Assembly (NCBI GenBank): GCA_002269645.1
Contig: NIVC01003972.1
Coordinates: 1 to 64,000, forward strand
Origin: Macrostomum lignano
Lineage: Eukaryota
Reading direction: 5' to 3'
DNA length: 64,000 nucleotides
How positions within the stretch are numbered: the stretch's first letter is position 1; every line of letters begins with the position of its first letter. The notes beneath the pieces are model-generated. The model saw nothing but the letters and a program-made list of their open reading frames with translations. It did no database searches and was not told the DNA's origin. This document shows positions 10,600-20,615 of this stretch, one piece after another. The translations under genes and the position numbers were made by a program.

Positions 10600-11118
10600 G
10601 ATTTTATTAATGTAAGCTACTCATAGTAGTCTTCTAAACACTTTTCTGGATCTCCAGGATTTTTTTAAACTCGTGCCAATTCCTGACAATACAGGAATTC
10701 CTGACAATACAGGAAAGTCTTTTTACTGGATTTTTTCAGGATTTTATCAATGTAAGCTACTCATAGTAGTCTTCTAAACACTTTCCTGGATCTCCAGGAT
10801 TTTTTTAAACTCGTGCCAATTCCTGACAATACAGGAATTCCTGACAATACAGGAAAGTCTTTTTACTGGATTTTTTCAGGATTTTATCAATGTAAGCTAT
10901 TCAAAGTAGTCTTCTAAACACTTTTCTGGATCTCCAGGATTTTTTAAACTCGTGCCAATTCCTGACAATACAGGAATTCCTGACAATACAGGAAAGTCTT
11001 TTTACTGGATTTTTTCAGGATTTTATCAATGTAAGCTACTCAAAGTAGTCTTCTAAACACTTTTCTGGATCTCCAGGATTTTTTTTAACTCGTGCCAATT
11101 CCTGACAATACAGGAAAG
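10600..11118. repeat. Tandem array of about 140-bp units (about 3.7 copies) in the Polinton subterminal region
   Basis: Unit starts attttat(c/t)aatgtaagcta at 10601, 10741, 10881 and 11020; each unit has an internal duplicated ttcctgacaatacagga. Confidence 0.95.
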
Positions 11119-11337
11119 TGCTGTTCACAAAATGACCGGGAGGAAAATCAATATTATTCTGAATCCGAAGAATATCGATTTTGGATTGTTTCATTTCCAA
11201 CCTTGCAACTAGCTTGCACGTCGCGGAAGAAAATTCTCAGCCGGATAGCCCTGCACACTCAGTGTCTGCTCTTTCCTCCTTATTTCCTCCTGTTTTATGT
11301 AAATATACTTGCGAATAAATGAACTCAGTATGTTTTT

Positions 11338-11532
11338 TTAACGCAATTGCTTAATGATTTCTGCAAAGTTATAGTAGCTGTCGTAATCTTTTACGTAGGT
11401 TACTCCATACTTATGAAACCAGTGTCTTTGGAGAGCTAGATTAATATTAGGGACATTGATATCAATGCCGGGCCAATATTTTCTCATGTACTCGCTGCAT
11501 TCTAGTTTGCATCGGTATTTGGATTTGTACAA
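11338..11532 (-). CDS. Small hypothetical Polinton ORF
   Basis: 64 aa ORF with non-ATG start; protein-like composition (KYWPGIDINVPNINLALQRHWFHKYG). Confidence 0.3.
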   Translation of the reverse strand: MYKSKYRCKLECSEYMRKYWPGIDINVPNINLALQRHWFHKYGVTYVKDYDSYYNFAEIIKQLR

Positions 11533-11699
11533 TGGATTAGGCGAGTATAATAAGAACCTGGAGAGACAACTGGAAACATTTTTTATTAAGAATTTAATTT
11601 TTTCTAAAGGGTAAGGACCCTGCGCTGAGGGTTTAAAGTCTTAAGGATCTGGTTTCGCTTTGCAAATTGAATGTGGAGAGAAGAGTGCAGATTATTTTC

Positions 11700-12033
11700 T
11701 TATTGTTTCGAACATGCTATGGGTGGATGTCAGTGGATTATGTAGGACACTTGTTATGCTCTGATAATATAGATGGATTTTGGGGGATAGGTTAGGAGGA
11801 TTATGGATGACGTTTTCGGAGCTGCTATGCTCAGAATAACAGTAGGACACCGGTTATGCTCTGATTCTGTCGGGGATAATACGGATGGATTTAATGGGAT
11901 TATGTTCGAAGTTTTCGGAGCAAAGGCGACCCCCCTTTTTTTCTGATTCTGTCGGGGATAATATGGATGGATTTAATGGGATTATGGAGGACGTGAAAAA
12001 TTTTGCACCAGAAGCCCCCTCATGCATTCTACT
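11700..12033. repeat. Subterminal direct repeats, probable right TIR of the Polinton
   Basis: Repeated ttatgctctgat, ctgattctgtcggggataata and ggatggatttaatgggattatg; abrupt change to unrelated sequence after 12033. Confidence 0.55.
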
Positions 12034-13014
12034 CAGCCGCTCTCCAGACTCGTCGCATCTGCTTGAGTCGTATTGAAAAGCAAGGCTACTCAAACAGAAG
12101 GACTCTTAGGCAGGCCTGAGACATTCTGGACGCTTTCTGTAAGAGCACAATCGGTTGCCTTAGCAGTTGACTGAGACAGTGTCTAACTTTTTGTGAGACT
12201 ATACTAAGATTAGTAAGGAAGGGAAAGTATATTATTCTTGTATCAGGAGTTTAACCAGCATTAGCATATCTATAGCTCAGCGAAAATATCCCTAGAATGC
12301 TGAGTCTGACTCTGTCGAGGTACATCAAAGGCTGACTGGCGTACGATTGCAGTGTTTGAAATATTCCTGCAAGTAGATAGCTCCTACTTGAAAGATGGCT
12401 CGATGCGAGGAAGGTTTCTTCGTACTAGCGGACATGAAATATTGCATCTGAGTTTCCCTTTAAGTTGCCATTGTTGAGGGCCCTCTTACATTGGCCTCGA
12501 CTTACGGTGCACACTTTGACTCCGATGACACAACGGAAAGATGCGCTTCACCCATTCCGCAAATCCCTGGTGAGAAGAGCCTGCTCAGTCAGATTACGGA
12601 GGCCCGCCGGTTCTTCCTGCAACCTTTCTACTACTGTATGGGATGACAGAGTCTTGCCTGGTAACGCAAAAGGAACGAAATGAACCTGACGCAGGATAGG
12701 CTGACTCATCAGGTAGCCCGTCCCGACCTAGCAGGATTTTGCGACAGTCCCTGGTGGGACCCGTGTCAAGTTTCAGTACAGCAACTGACTCTAGAAAAAG
12801 CCGTGGCGACATCTGATAAGATTTGCATGCCGCAAACCGCGCGGCTATCAATTTAGAATCTCGTTTGGCATATATTTCAATCACTGGGATTTTCTGCTGA
12901 ATCAAAGCGCCTTACGCTCGGGTTGGAAAGCAAATTTTCTGTTTTTCAAATTGTTGTTTTTCGTCTGCAATTTTCGACTTTTCTACAGCATTCAACTTGA
13001 ATTCTCGGTGCCGA

Positions 13015-13625
13015 TCACATCTTCACCCAGACCCACTGGGCCTCGCTGGCGATGTCGCTGAACACAGCGGCAAATCTCATGAGGCGGCACATCCGGCTGG
13101 ACTGCACGAAGGCGCAGGCGAGGCAGTCCTGGCTGTGGTGGCAGGCGGCGAAGCACTCGAACTTCAGAGTGGCCTCCTGGCTCAAGTAGGCGCCAACGGT
13201 GCCGGATTCGGCGACAAGAACCGATGAGTTGGAGGCCATCGGCTTGTAGACTCCGCGGACTGAAATTTCGCATTAGTTCCTTCGGGTTCATTTCAAAATT
13301 AAATTGTGTTGAAAACACATAGTTGTTTATTTTTTAAAGTCTTACGCGGGTTGTAGATGTTCTCGTACACGGAATTAATATTCTGTCCACCGCACACTTG
13401 CGAGGCGTTGCCACCGCAGACTTGGGAGCATTCAGATTCTGGAGCGCTCCCATGCAGTCCGTAGGAGGAGCCGCAGAAGAAGCAGAAACCCCTGGCCTGC
13501 GTTCCAAAGTAGATGAATCTGCCCATAGCGCAGATGCGGCTGCAGAGCTGCAGGGTCATGGATGGATCGTAGACAAATCCGACCGAAGCGTGGACATTAA
13601 ATGGTCCAATATTGGAGTATCCCAT
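13015..13625 (-). CDS. WSC domain + PAN/apple-like domain protein; exons 13625-13346 and 13259-13015; 5' end disrupted or not identified
   Basis: WSC pattern MTLQLCSRIC..YFGTQ..FCFFCG..ECSQVCGGNASQVCGG..NSVY. Phase-compatible GT-AG intron 13345-13260. Second exon has ECFAACHHSQDCLACAF...MCRL. Confidence 0.8.
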
Positions 13626-14223
13626 CAGAGGATCTCAGAGGATCTCACATCTTCAGGTGGGGCTGAAAGAGTAGTCAGAAAGAAGAAAGCAGAGCGAAGC
13701 AATTCTTGTCGATGGGGAGTTCATAAAGGGATAAGGATGTAACGGCAGACGCACCATGTTGAAAATTTCAACAGAAACACTTTGTGGAAAGTAAACGGTA
13801 CTAGCCAGTGCGTTTCCATGGCAACGTCAAATTTTAATTTTGCTTCTTCTTCCAATTTGTTGGTCTAAAAATATTCTTTTATTAATAGCAAGACGCAGAA
13901 TGACCTGGCCTCAGCAATTGCAGCACTGACACTACAAGAGTCTTAAATATATTTAAAAAGCCCATTTTTTGTTTGTCGTCAGTTTTTCGTCAGTTGCACG
14001 TCAAAGGAAGGATTAAGAGCTTGCATGTAGATACCAATCAAAGCAACTCAAAGGGCACGCAAATGCAGCACCTGAGGCTACTTGGTGATGCAAAGCCTTA
14101 AGTAACCTAACTACTGACATTTCGGGCACCCAAACTACTAACAGTAGCGTAAAAGCGTATTGCATTGCGCATTAAACTGTGCTTAAAACACATGCTGCAT
14201 GTATTTTGTTTAAATGCGAAAAT

Positions 14224-14548
14224 CATTTGTAGTTTCCAAAGCAAAAATAGAATTGGCTAAAAAAAATCACTAATTTATGGCGCCCACTCATTTGTAGTTT
14301 CCAAAGCAAAAATAGAATTGGCTACAAAAAATCACTAATTTATGGCGCCCACTCATTTGTAGTTTCCAAAGCAAAAATAGAATTGGCTACAAAAAATCAC
14401 TAATTTATGGCGCCCACTCATTTGTAGTTTCCAAAGCAAAAATAGAATTGGCTACAAAAAATCACTAATTTATGGCGCCCACTCATTTGTAGTTTCCAAA
14501 GCAAAAATAGAATTGGCTACAAAAAATCACTAATTTATGGCGCCCACT
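14224..14548. repeat. 65-bp tandem repeat, five copies
   Basis: catttgtagtttccaaagcaaaaatagaattggctacaaaaaatcactaatttatggcgcccact starts at 14224, 14289, 14354, 14419 and 14484. Confidence 0.97.
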
Positions 14549-15641
14549 CTATCCAGGTGTGCTAATTAAAATAAGCGCACCTGATCCTCGCTCGTGAAAG
14601 GGCAGCAACTTCCGTTACTGATAGCATCCTTGCGGCCTCTGAATCCTGCCTGAGCCCCTGCTGCAGCTGGCACTGAGGATTGGGATGGAGCTTAGCGCTC
14701 TGAGCTAAGCCAGAAACGGTTGCAGCTGTGCGTGACTCAATAGGATTAAGAGAAGCAGTGGAGTACCTGAGACATTTTTGTGTGTTTCACCAGTTTTTAA
14801 TCAGTTTGCTTTAAACAATTGCTGCCACAGCTTCGCCACAGAACATGTATGGATTGTACGATCTCCAATGCGACTCTGAGATCTGGAGACGGGACTCCTG
14901 ACCTTTGAGACGGGACTCTTGACAATTAAGACGCAACGAATTTGGGTCAGGACACCTGAGAAGTGAAATTTCAAGATATTGATATTCAAGACAGACATCC
15001 GAAATTTACGATGAGACACGAGGCATCTAAAACTGCACAGTTGAAAGCATGCACCGCTGGATTGAGAAGTGCATGCAGACACAAGAGCTACCAGCGTACT
15101 TTTTGGTTTTTATCCATTTACCTTTGTTTGAAAGCAATTAGAGCTATCGATTCAGTGAGTTTCATGGAATTTTTTTGAATGAAACTGGCCATCAGAAGAA
15201 TGGCGCTCATTATTTGTTAGTCAAGTTGGCATGGGGGCATTGGGGAGGGGGGCTGCCCCCCTCAATCAATGCGACAGCCATCTCGCAGCCAGGCGCCATT
15301 CCGCTGAGTCCTGAGCACACACTCGGATGTGTACGCAGGCGCTCACACAGGGTGTACATGCAGCGGCCCCTGACTTTCCCGTGTACAACTCTCATGGGTG
15401 GGAATCGCCCAATACCCGGGCCAGTTTTCGTGCAACAGCCCCAGATTAATGCGGCCGTGGAACTCGAGAGCTTCTCTCTCTGCCCCAATTTAAGCCACTC
15501 ATACGCAGATGGCAGGGCGCTCGAGTCCCATTGGCCGGACTGCTTGAGACATTCGAGGCCTCATTAAACGGCTCTCAACGCTATTTTAGCAGCGGTTGCT
15601 AGGGCAGGGGCTAAGCTCAACCAAAGTGGCTCTGCTCAAGC

Positions 15642-17270
15642 ATGACCGCCACAGCGGCTGTCCAGCTGCTCCTGTCCGTGCTGTCCCTGCTGCTGCACTG
15701 CGGCATCCTGGTGCTGCGCCATCGGGCAGGGAGCTCGGGCGCCCCCGCCTCGGTGACAGCGCAGCTCGCGGCCGGCCTGCTCGCCTCCGCCGTCTTCGTT
15801 GCCGGCAGCGCCGCGGATCTCGCGATTGGCGGCAGCGACTCGGAGGCCGTCGTCGAAAACTCGCTGCAGCGGCTCCTCCTGCCGGCTGGCAGCGCAGGCG
15901 GCTGGCTGGCGGAGGCTGGGCTCTCCATCGCCTGCGCCTGCCTGTCGGCGGACGGCGGCCCGGTGCTGGCCGTCCTGCTGGTCACCGTGCTGCACGCGGC
16001 CGCCGTCATCTCGGCCGAGCGCTGCGCCCACCACTGCGGCGGACTGCCGGCCGGGCGGGCTGCCCTGACGCCTCGGCGTTGCCTGGCAACCCTGGCCGCT
16101 ACGGTTGGAGCTGCTGCGGTTGCCATGACGACTGAGGCGGGCGTGAAGTTTGAGATCGGCAAAGCCGGCTGCGAGATAAGGTAGTTTATATTCACGATGC
16201 CTGGAAATATGGATTTGTGGGCCCAGCAACCGAGGATCTGGGAGGCTGGCCCAACAACTGAGGATCTGGGAGGCTGACCCAGCAACTGAGGATCTGGGAG
16301 GCTGGCTCTGCAACTGGGGATTTGGGAGGCTGGCCCAGCAACTGAGGATCTGGGAGGCTGGCCCAGCAACTGAGGATCTGGGAGGCTGGCCAGCAACTGG
16401 GGATCTGGGAGGCTGGCCCAGTAACTGGGGATCTGAGAGGCTGGCCCAGCAACAGAGGATGTGGGAGGCTGGCCCAGCAACTCAGGATCTGGGAGGCTGG
16501 CCCAGCAACTCAGGATCTGGGAGGCTGGCCCAGCAACTGAGGATCTGGGAGGCTGGCCCAGCAACTGAGGATCTGGGAGGCTAGCCCAGCAGCTGAGGAT
16601 CTGGGAGGCTGGCATAGCAAGTGAGGATCTGGGAGGCTGGCATAGCAAGTGAGGATCTGGGAGGCTGGCATAGCAAGTGAGGATCTGGGAGGCTGGCATA
16701 GCAAGTGAGGATCTGGGAGGCTGGCATAGCAAGTGAGGATCTGGGAGGCTAGCCCGCAGCTGAGGATGTCGGAGGGGCGGTCCGAACTACAGTCTCAGCA
16801 ACTCGAACTCTCAGAAACGAGACCCTGGCGTCAAACTCGGCCTGGTCGGCTGCCCGCACCGCGGCGGTCTACGCGAACCTGGCACTGAGCCAAGTCCTGC
16901 CTAGCCTAGCGGTGCTGGCTGTGAACTTCGCCACCGTCACCGCTCTCTTCCGCCGGTTCCTGTCCGCTGACTCCTCCAGCGGGGCGTCTTCGGCCTCGGC
17001 GGCGAAGCCGGGCGGCGCCGTTGGAAATTTTTGCGTCTACCGTCGCGCCACCGTCCACGCGGCTCATGAGCGGCGCGGCACGCTGGCCGCCCTGGCCGCC
17101 ACCTCCGGAGCCGCCGCTGCCGCTCTGGCCAGCGCCTGCCTGGCCGTCTCCGGCAGCAGCGGCTCGCCGGTCGCGGCAGCTGCGGAGCGGCTCTGGACTG
17201 TCGCCGCGGTGATGGGCAACGCGGTCGCCCAGACTGCGCTGCTGGCGCTGCGGAAGTGTGGGACAGAATG
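15642..17270 (+). CDS. Divergent Ala-rich 7TM rhodopsin-like GPCR; exons 15642-16180 and 16815-17270 (about 330 aa)
   Basis: Multiple hydrophobic helices; ISAERC resembles the DRY position; ECL2 Cys (GCEIR|NETL); SQVLPSLAVLAVNF is TM5-like. Donor ag|gtagtt and acceptor ctctcag| are in phase. Confidence 0.7.
16210..16760. repeat. About 28-bp intronic minisatellite
   Basis: (aggatctgggaggctggcccagcaactg)n inside the GPCR intron. Confidence 0.95.
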
Positions 17271-17289
17271 ACGAATACGGACTTGGACT

Positions 17290-17620
17290 GTCACTGACTG
17301 TGCTGTCACTGGCTGTGCTGTCACTGACTGTGCTGTCACTGACTGTGCTGTCACTGACTGTGCTGTCACTGACTGTGCTGTCACTGGCTGTGCTGTCACT
17401 GGTTGTGCTGTCACTGGCTGCGCTGTCACTGACTGTGTTTGGCTGTGCTGGCACTGGCTATGCTGTCGCTGGCTGTGCTGTCACTGGCTGTGCTGTCTCT
17501 GACTGTGTTTGGCTGTGCTGGCACTGGCTATGCTGTCAATGGCTGTGCTGTCACTGACTGTGTTTGGCTGTGCTCTCACAGGCCTGTATGTCACTTGTGA
17601 TACCAATGTCTGTCACTGGC
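17290..17620. repeat. 15-bp minisatellite
   Basis: (tcactgactgtgctg)n. Confidence 0.9.
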
Positions 17621-18180
17621 CATGCTGTCACTGCTTGTGATGTCATTGCCTGTGTCATTGGCTATGTCAGACTTTTCTGTCACCGGCTGTGTTGTCCCTA
17701 GTTGTCTGTGCTGTCACGTCTGTATGCCACTTGTGATGTCACTGTCTTATGACCGGCTGTTTTGTAGTCACAAATTTTGGAAGCAGTCAAACCGCAGCCC
17801 TCGGACATGCACGTGCAAGCCCAAAAAATGCAACCACTGCCCCTCTAAATTTGAACTTCGAAAAGCGTCAAGTAAATTATGGACGCGTTTTTTAAGCACC
17901 ATCATTTTCGAATCAAAGAGTTGCTGTCAGCTATTTCAGAGTTTAGCTACAGGCACCAATGAATAAATTTGTTCACCCGATGGTCGCAAACTCCACTAGC
18001 AGTCACAGACTGGCTTATTTTCCGTTGATTAGCTTCACTTTTATTACAAAAAAATCGTATTGTAGTGTCTCTAGACTCCACATGTAGGTCAAGGGTCCGC
18101 AAACTCCGGCTCGCTATGCCTCCCTATCCGGCCCTCGGGTCCTTTGTAGCTGCACAATAGCAATCCGGCCCGCTCAAGGC

Positions 18181-18600
18181 TTGTCTTATCTCTTTTACCT
18201 CCTCTCCTTCCTCTCTTCTCTCCTTTACCCCCTCTTCTCACTCCTCTCATCTCCTCTTGTCTCTTCTCTCCCCTCCACTTGTTTCTTCTCTTCTCTCCTC
18301 TCATCTCCCATCCTCCTCTCGTCTTCTTTCCTCTCCTCTCCTCTCCACTCTTCTTCTTTTCTCTTCTCATCTCCCCTCCTCTTTTTTCATTTCCCCTCTC
18401 CTCTCCTTTTGTCTCACCTCTCCTCTGTTCTCTCCTCTTTCGCTTTTGTACCTGTCCTTTCTTCTTTTCTCACTTCTCTCTTCTCTCCTCTTCTCTCACA
18501 TTCCCCCTTTCATCTCATTTTATCTCATCCCCTTTCTCACCTCCTCTCATCTTTTCGTTCCTCTTTTCTCTGTCCTCTCTATTCCCTCTCATTTCCTCTC
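18181..18600. repeat. CT-rich low-complexity tract
   Basis: Polypyrimidine stretch. Confidence 0.9.
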
Positions 18601-19219
18601 TGATCAGGCCCGCAAGCATGATTCTTTATCTGGCCCTAGAAATAAAAAATTTCAAGACCTCTGTCTGCTCCAGGCCGCAGAATGAGAAGCAACTGTCTGG
18701 AAATTGTGTCGCGCCAAAAAGTGAGTAAGAAGAGTGAGAGCAATAAAACTTGACATTTAAACAAATATTGACCGGTTTGATCACAAATTCATCCCCAAAT
18801 TTTCCTAAAAACTACGAGCCGTAACCAACATGGAGAAGAGAATCAACTGAATTTTATTAGGCCCCGTTGAGCCAAGCAGATTATCAGGAGTGTGTTGCTG
18901 CACAACTAATCCGATGCAGGCAGCCAGGCGATAATCCGTCCCGTAGGATTACGAACTGGAAGCGGCCCCTTTAATTATAAATGCAGCTGATAAATCTGGT
19001 TTTAAATTGAAAGCAGCAGTCTCTGAGGAAAAATCGTTAATATTTTAAAAGCTGTCAAATTTGGGAAAAATCTTGCTTTTCTAAACCTGCTGCACACACG
19101 CGAGAACGAAGCCAGATCTTTTGGAGGGTCTGAAATATCGCTGATGAGATTTCCTGGAATGCTTTTCTTCGCCTAGGGGATTGCGGGATAGTTAGGTTGA
19201 GACAGAGTGTCTAGAGAGA

Positions 19220-19680
19220 TGGCACGGTGTCTGTGGGAATCCCATAATGTCTATAAGAGTGCCATGATGTCTATGGGAATGTCAGGGTGTCTATGGGAAT
19301 TTCATGGTGTCTATGGGAATGTCAGGGAGTCTATGGGAATCTCATGATGTCTATGGGAATGCCATGATGTCTATGGGAATTTCATGATGTATATGGGAAT
19401 GTCAGGGTGTCTATAGGAATTTCATGGTGTCTATGGGAATGTCATGATGTCTATGGGAATGTCATGATGTCTGTGGGAATGCCATGATGTCTATGGGGAT
19501 GTCAGGGTGTCTATAGGAATTTCATGGTGTCTATGGGAATGTCAGGGTGTCTATGGGAATGTCATGAAGTATATGGGAATGTCAGGGTGTCTATAGGAAT
19601 GTCATGATGTCTATGGGAATGTCATGATGTCTGTGGGAATGCCATGATGTCTATGGGAATGCCAGTGTGTCTAGAGGGGT
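19220..19680. repeat. 20-bp minisatellite
   Basis: (gtctatgggaatgtcatgat)n. Confidence 0.95.
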
Positions 19681-20615
19681 GTCATGGTGTCGACGAGAAC
19701 TCTGGGGTGTACATGAGAATGCCAGGACGATAAGCAGAGCTTGTATATAATCAAATAAATGACAAAACGCAGTAAGGCCGCAAAATTATCGAATAAAATC
19801 TCAAAGATCTTCAAGAAGAGTTAAAAACTTGTTGGTTCGATAAGTCACTCTCTAATTCCGGTCATTATTTGGAATTTTTCAGAAATTTGAGTACATTTTA
19901 GCCAAAGACCGCATATTGTACTAGAAGAATGTTAGCCTAGTGTACTACCCCGTTCACCGCCAGCACATGCCGGTTAAGCAGAGTCGGCAGCGGTTAGTAC
20001 GTAGCTAATTAACGTTGCCACGTACTTATTTAGTTCCTTAACTTCTTAGCACAAAGTGAAACACTTCTCTAGACTTCTCAAGTGCAGACAAATTTGAGAG
20101 CCCGCAAACATGCCCGAGTGACCAACGAATAAATAAGGAGTGCAGAAGTTCAGCATGCAGTCGTTGTGTGAAAAGCAGACAACTGAATTAGTTATAAACG
20201 ATCACAGAATTACCAATTGAAGTTCAACTGTCAAAAATAAAAATAAAAAATTTGGGCCACAATAAACTCTGACTTCAGATAGGAAGATAATACAATTTGT
20301 TAGAAAATGATATCGATATGTTAGATGACCTATCAATATTGAGCTGAATGCAAATAACACAGGCAAAACAATTATTAAATTTACTGTAGTTAGCGGATTA
20401 CGCTGACAGAGTTGGCGATATGTACAATCAACAGACCCGAGTTTAAAGCATAGCAGTAGGTGAGGATTTACCATAGACAGTCAAACCAGCACTGAAGCGA
20501 TTCCCTCATCCACCCATGCCAGACTCCTCAGCACACACAAGCACTCACTTTACTCACACGGCCTAGGCGAGTGGATTGCTAGGCTGCCTTAAAATCTGCA
20601 ATTAAAAAAACGCGA

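Larger units (their letters stand above)
1..12033. mobile_element. Polinton/Maverick (adintovirus-type) endogenous element, right-hand portion; left end and capsid genes outside window
   Basis: Compact AT-rich intronless cluster with pPolB, rve integrase, adenain-like protease, FtsK/A32-type ATPase, pX-like and PLA2 ORFs. Subterminal repeats at 10.6-12.0 kb. Candidate terminus ...TTCTACT at 12033 (AGT-start on the other strand, as in Polintons); the end position is tentative. Confidence 0.93.

Noticed and set aside
10600-11118. CRISPR-like appearance of the 140-bp array (and the 65-bp array at 14224-14548)
   Set aside because: Units are head-to-tail copies with no unique spacers, there are no cas genes, and the context is eukaryotic.
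12034-12990. Possible additional Polinton or recombinase gene after the repeats
   Set aside because: All frames are stop-rich and no motif was recognised; treated as unidentified decayed sequence.
18090-18665. hAT-like MITE ends (caagggtccgcaaac ... ttcaagacctctg) around the CT tract
   Set aside because: TIR match is poor and there is no 8-bp TSD.
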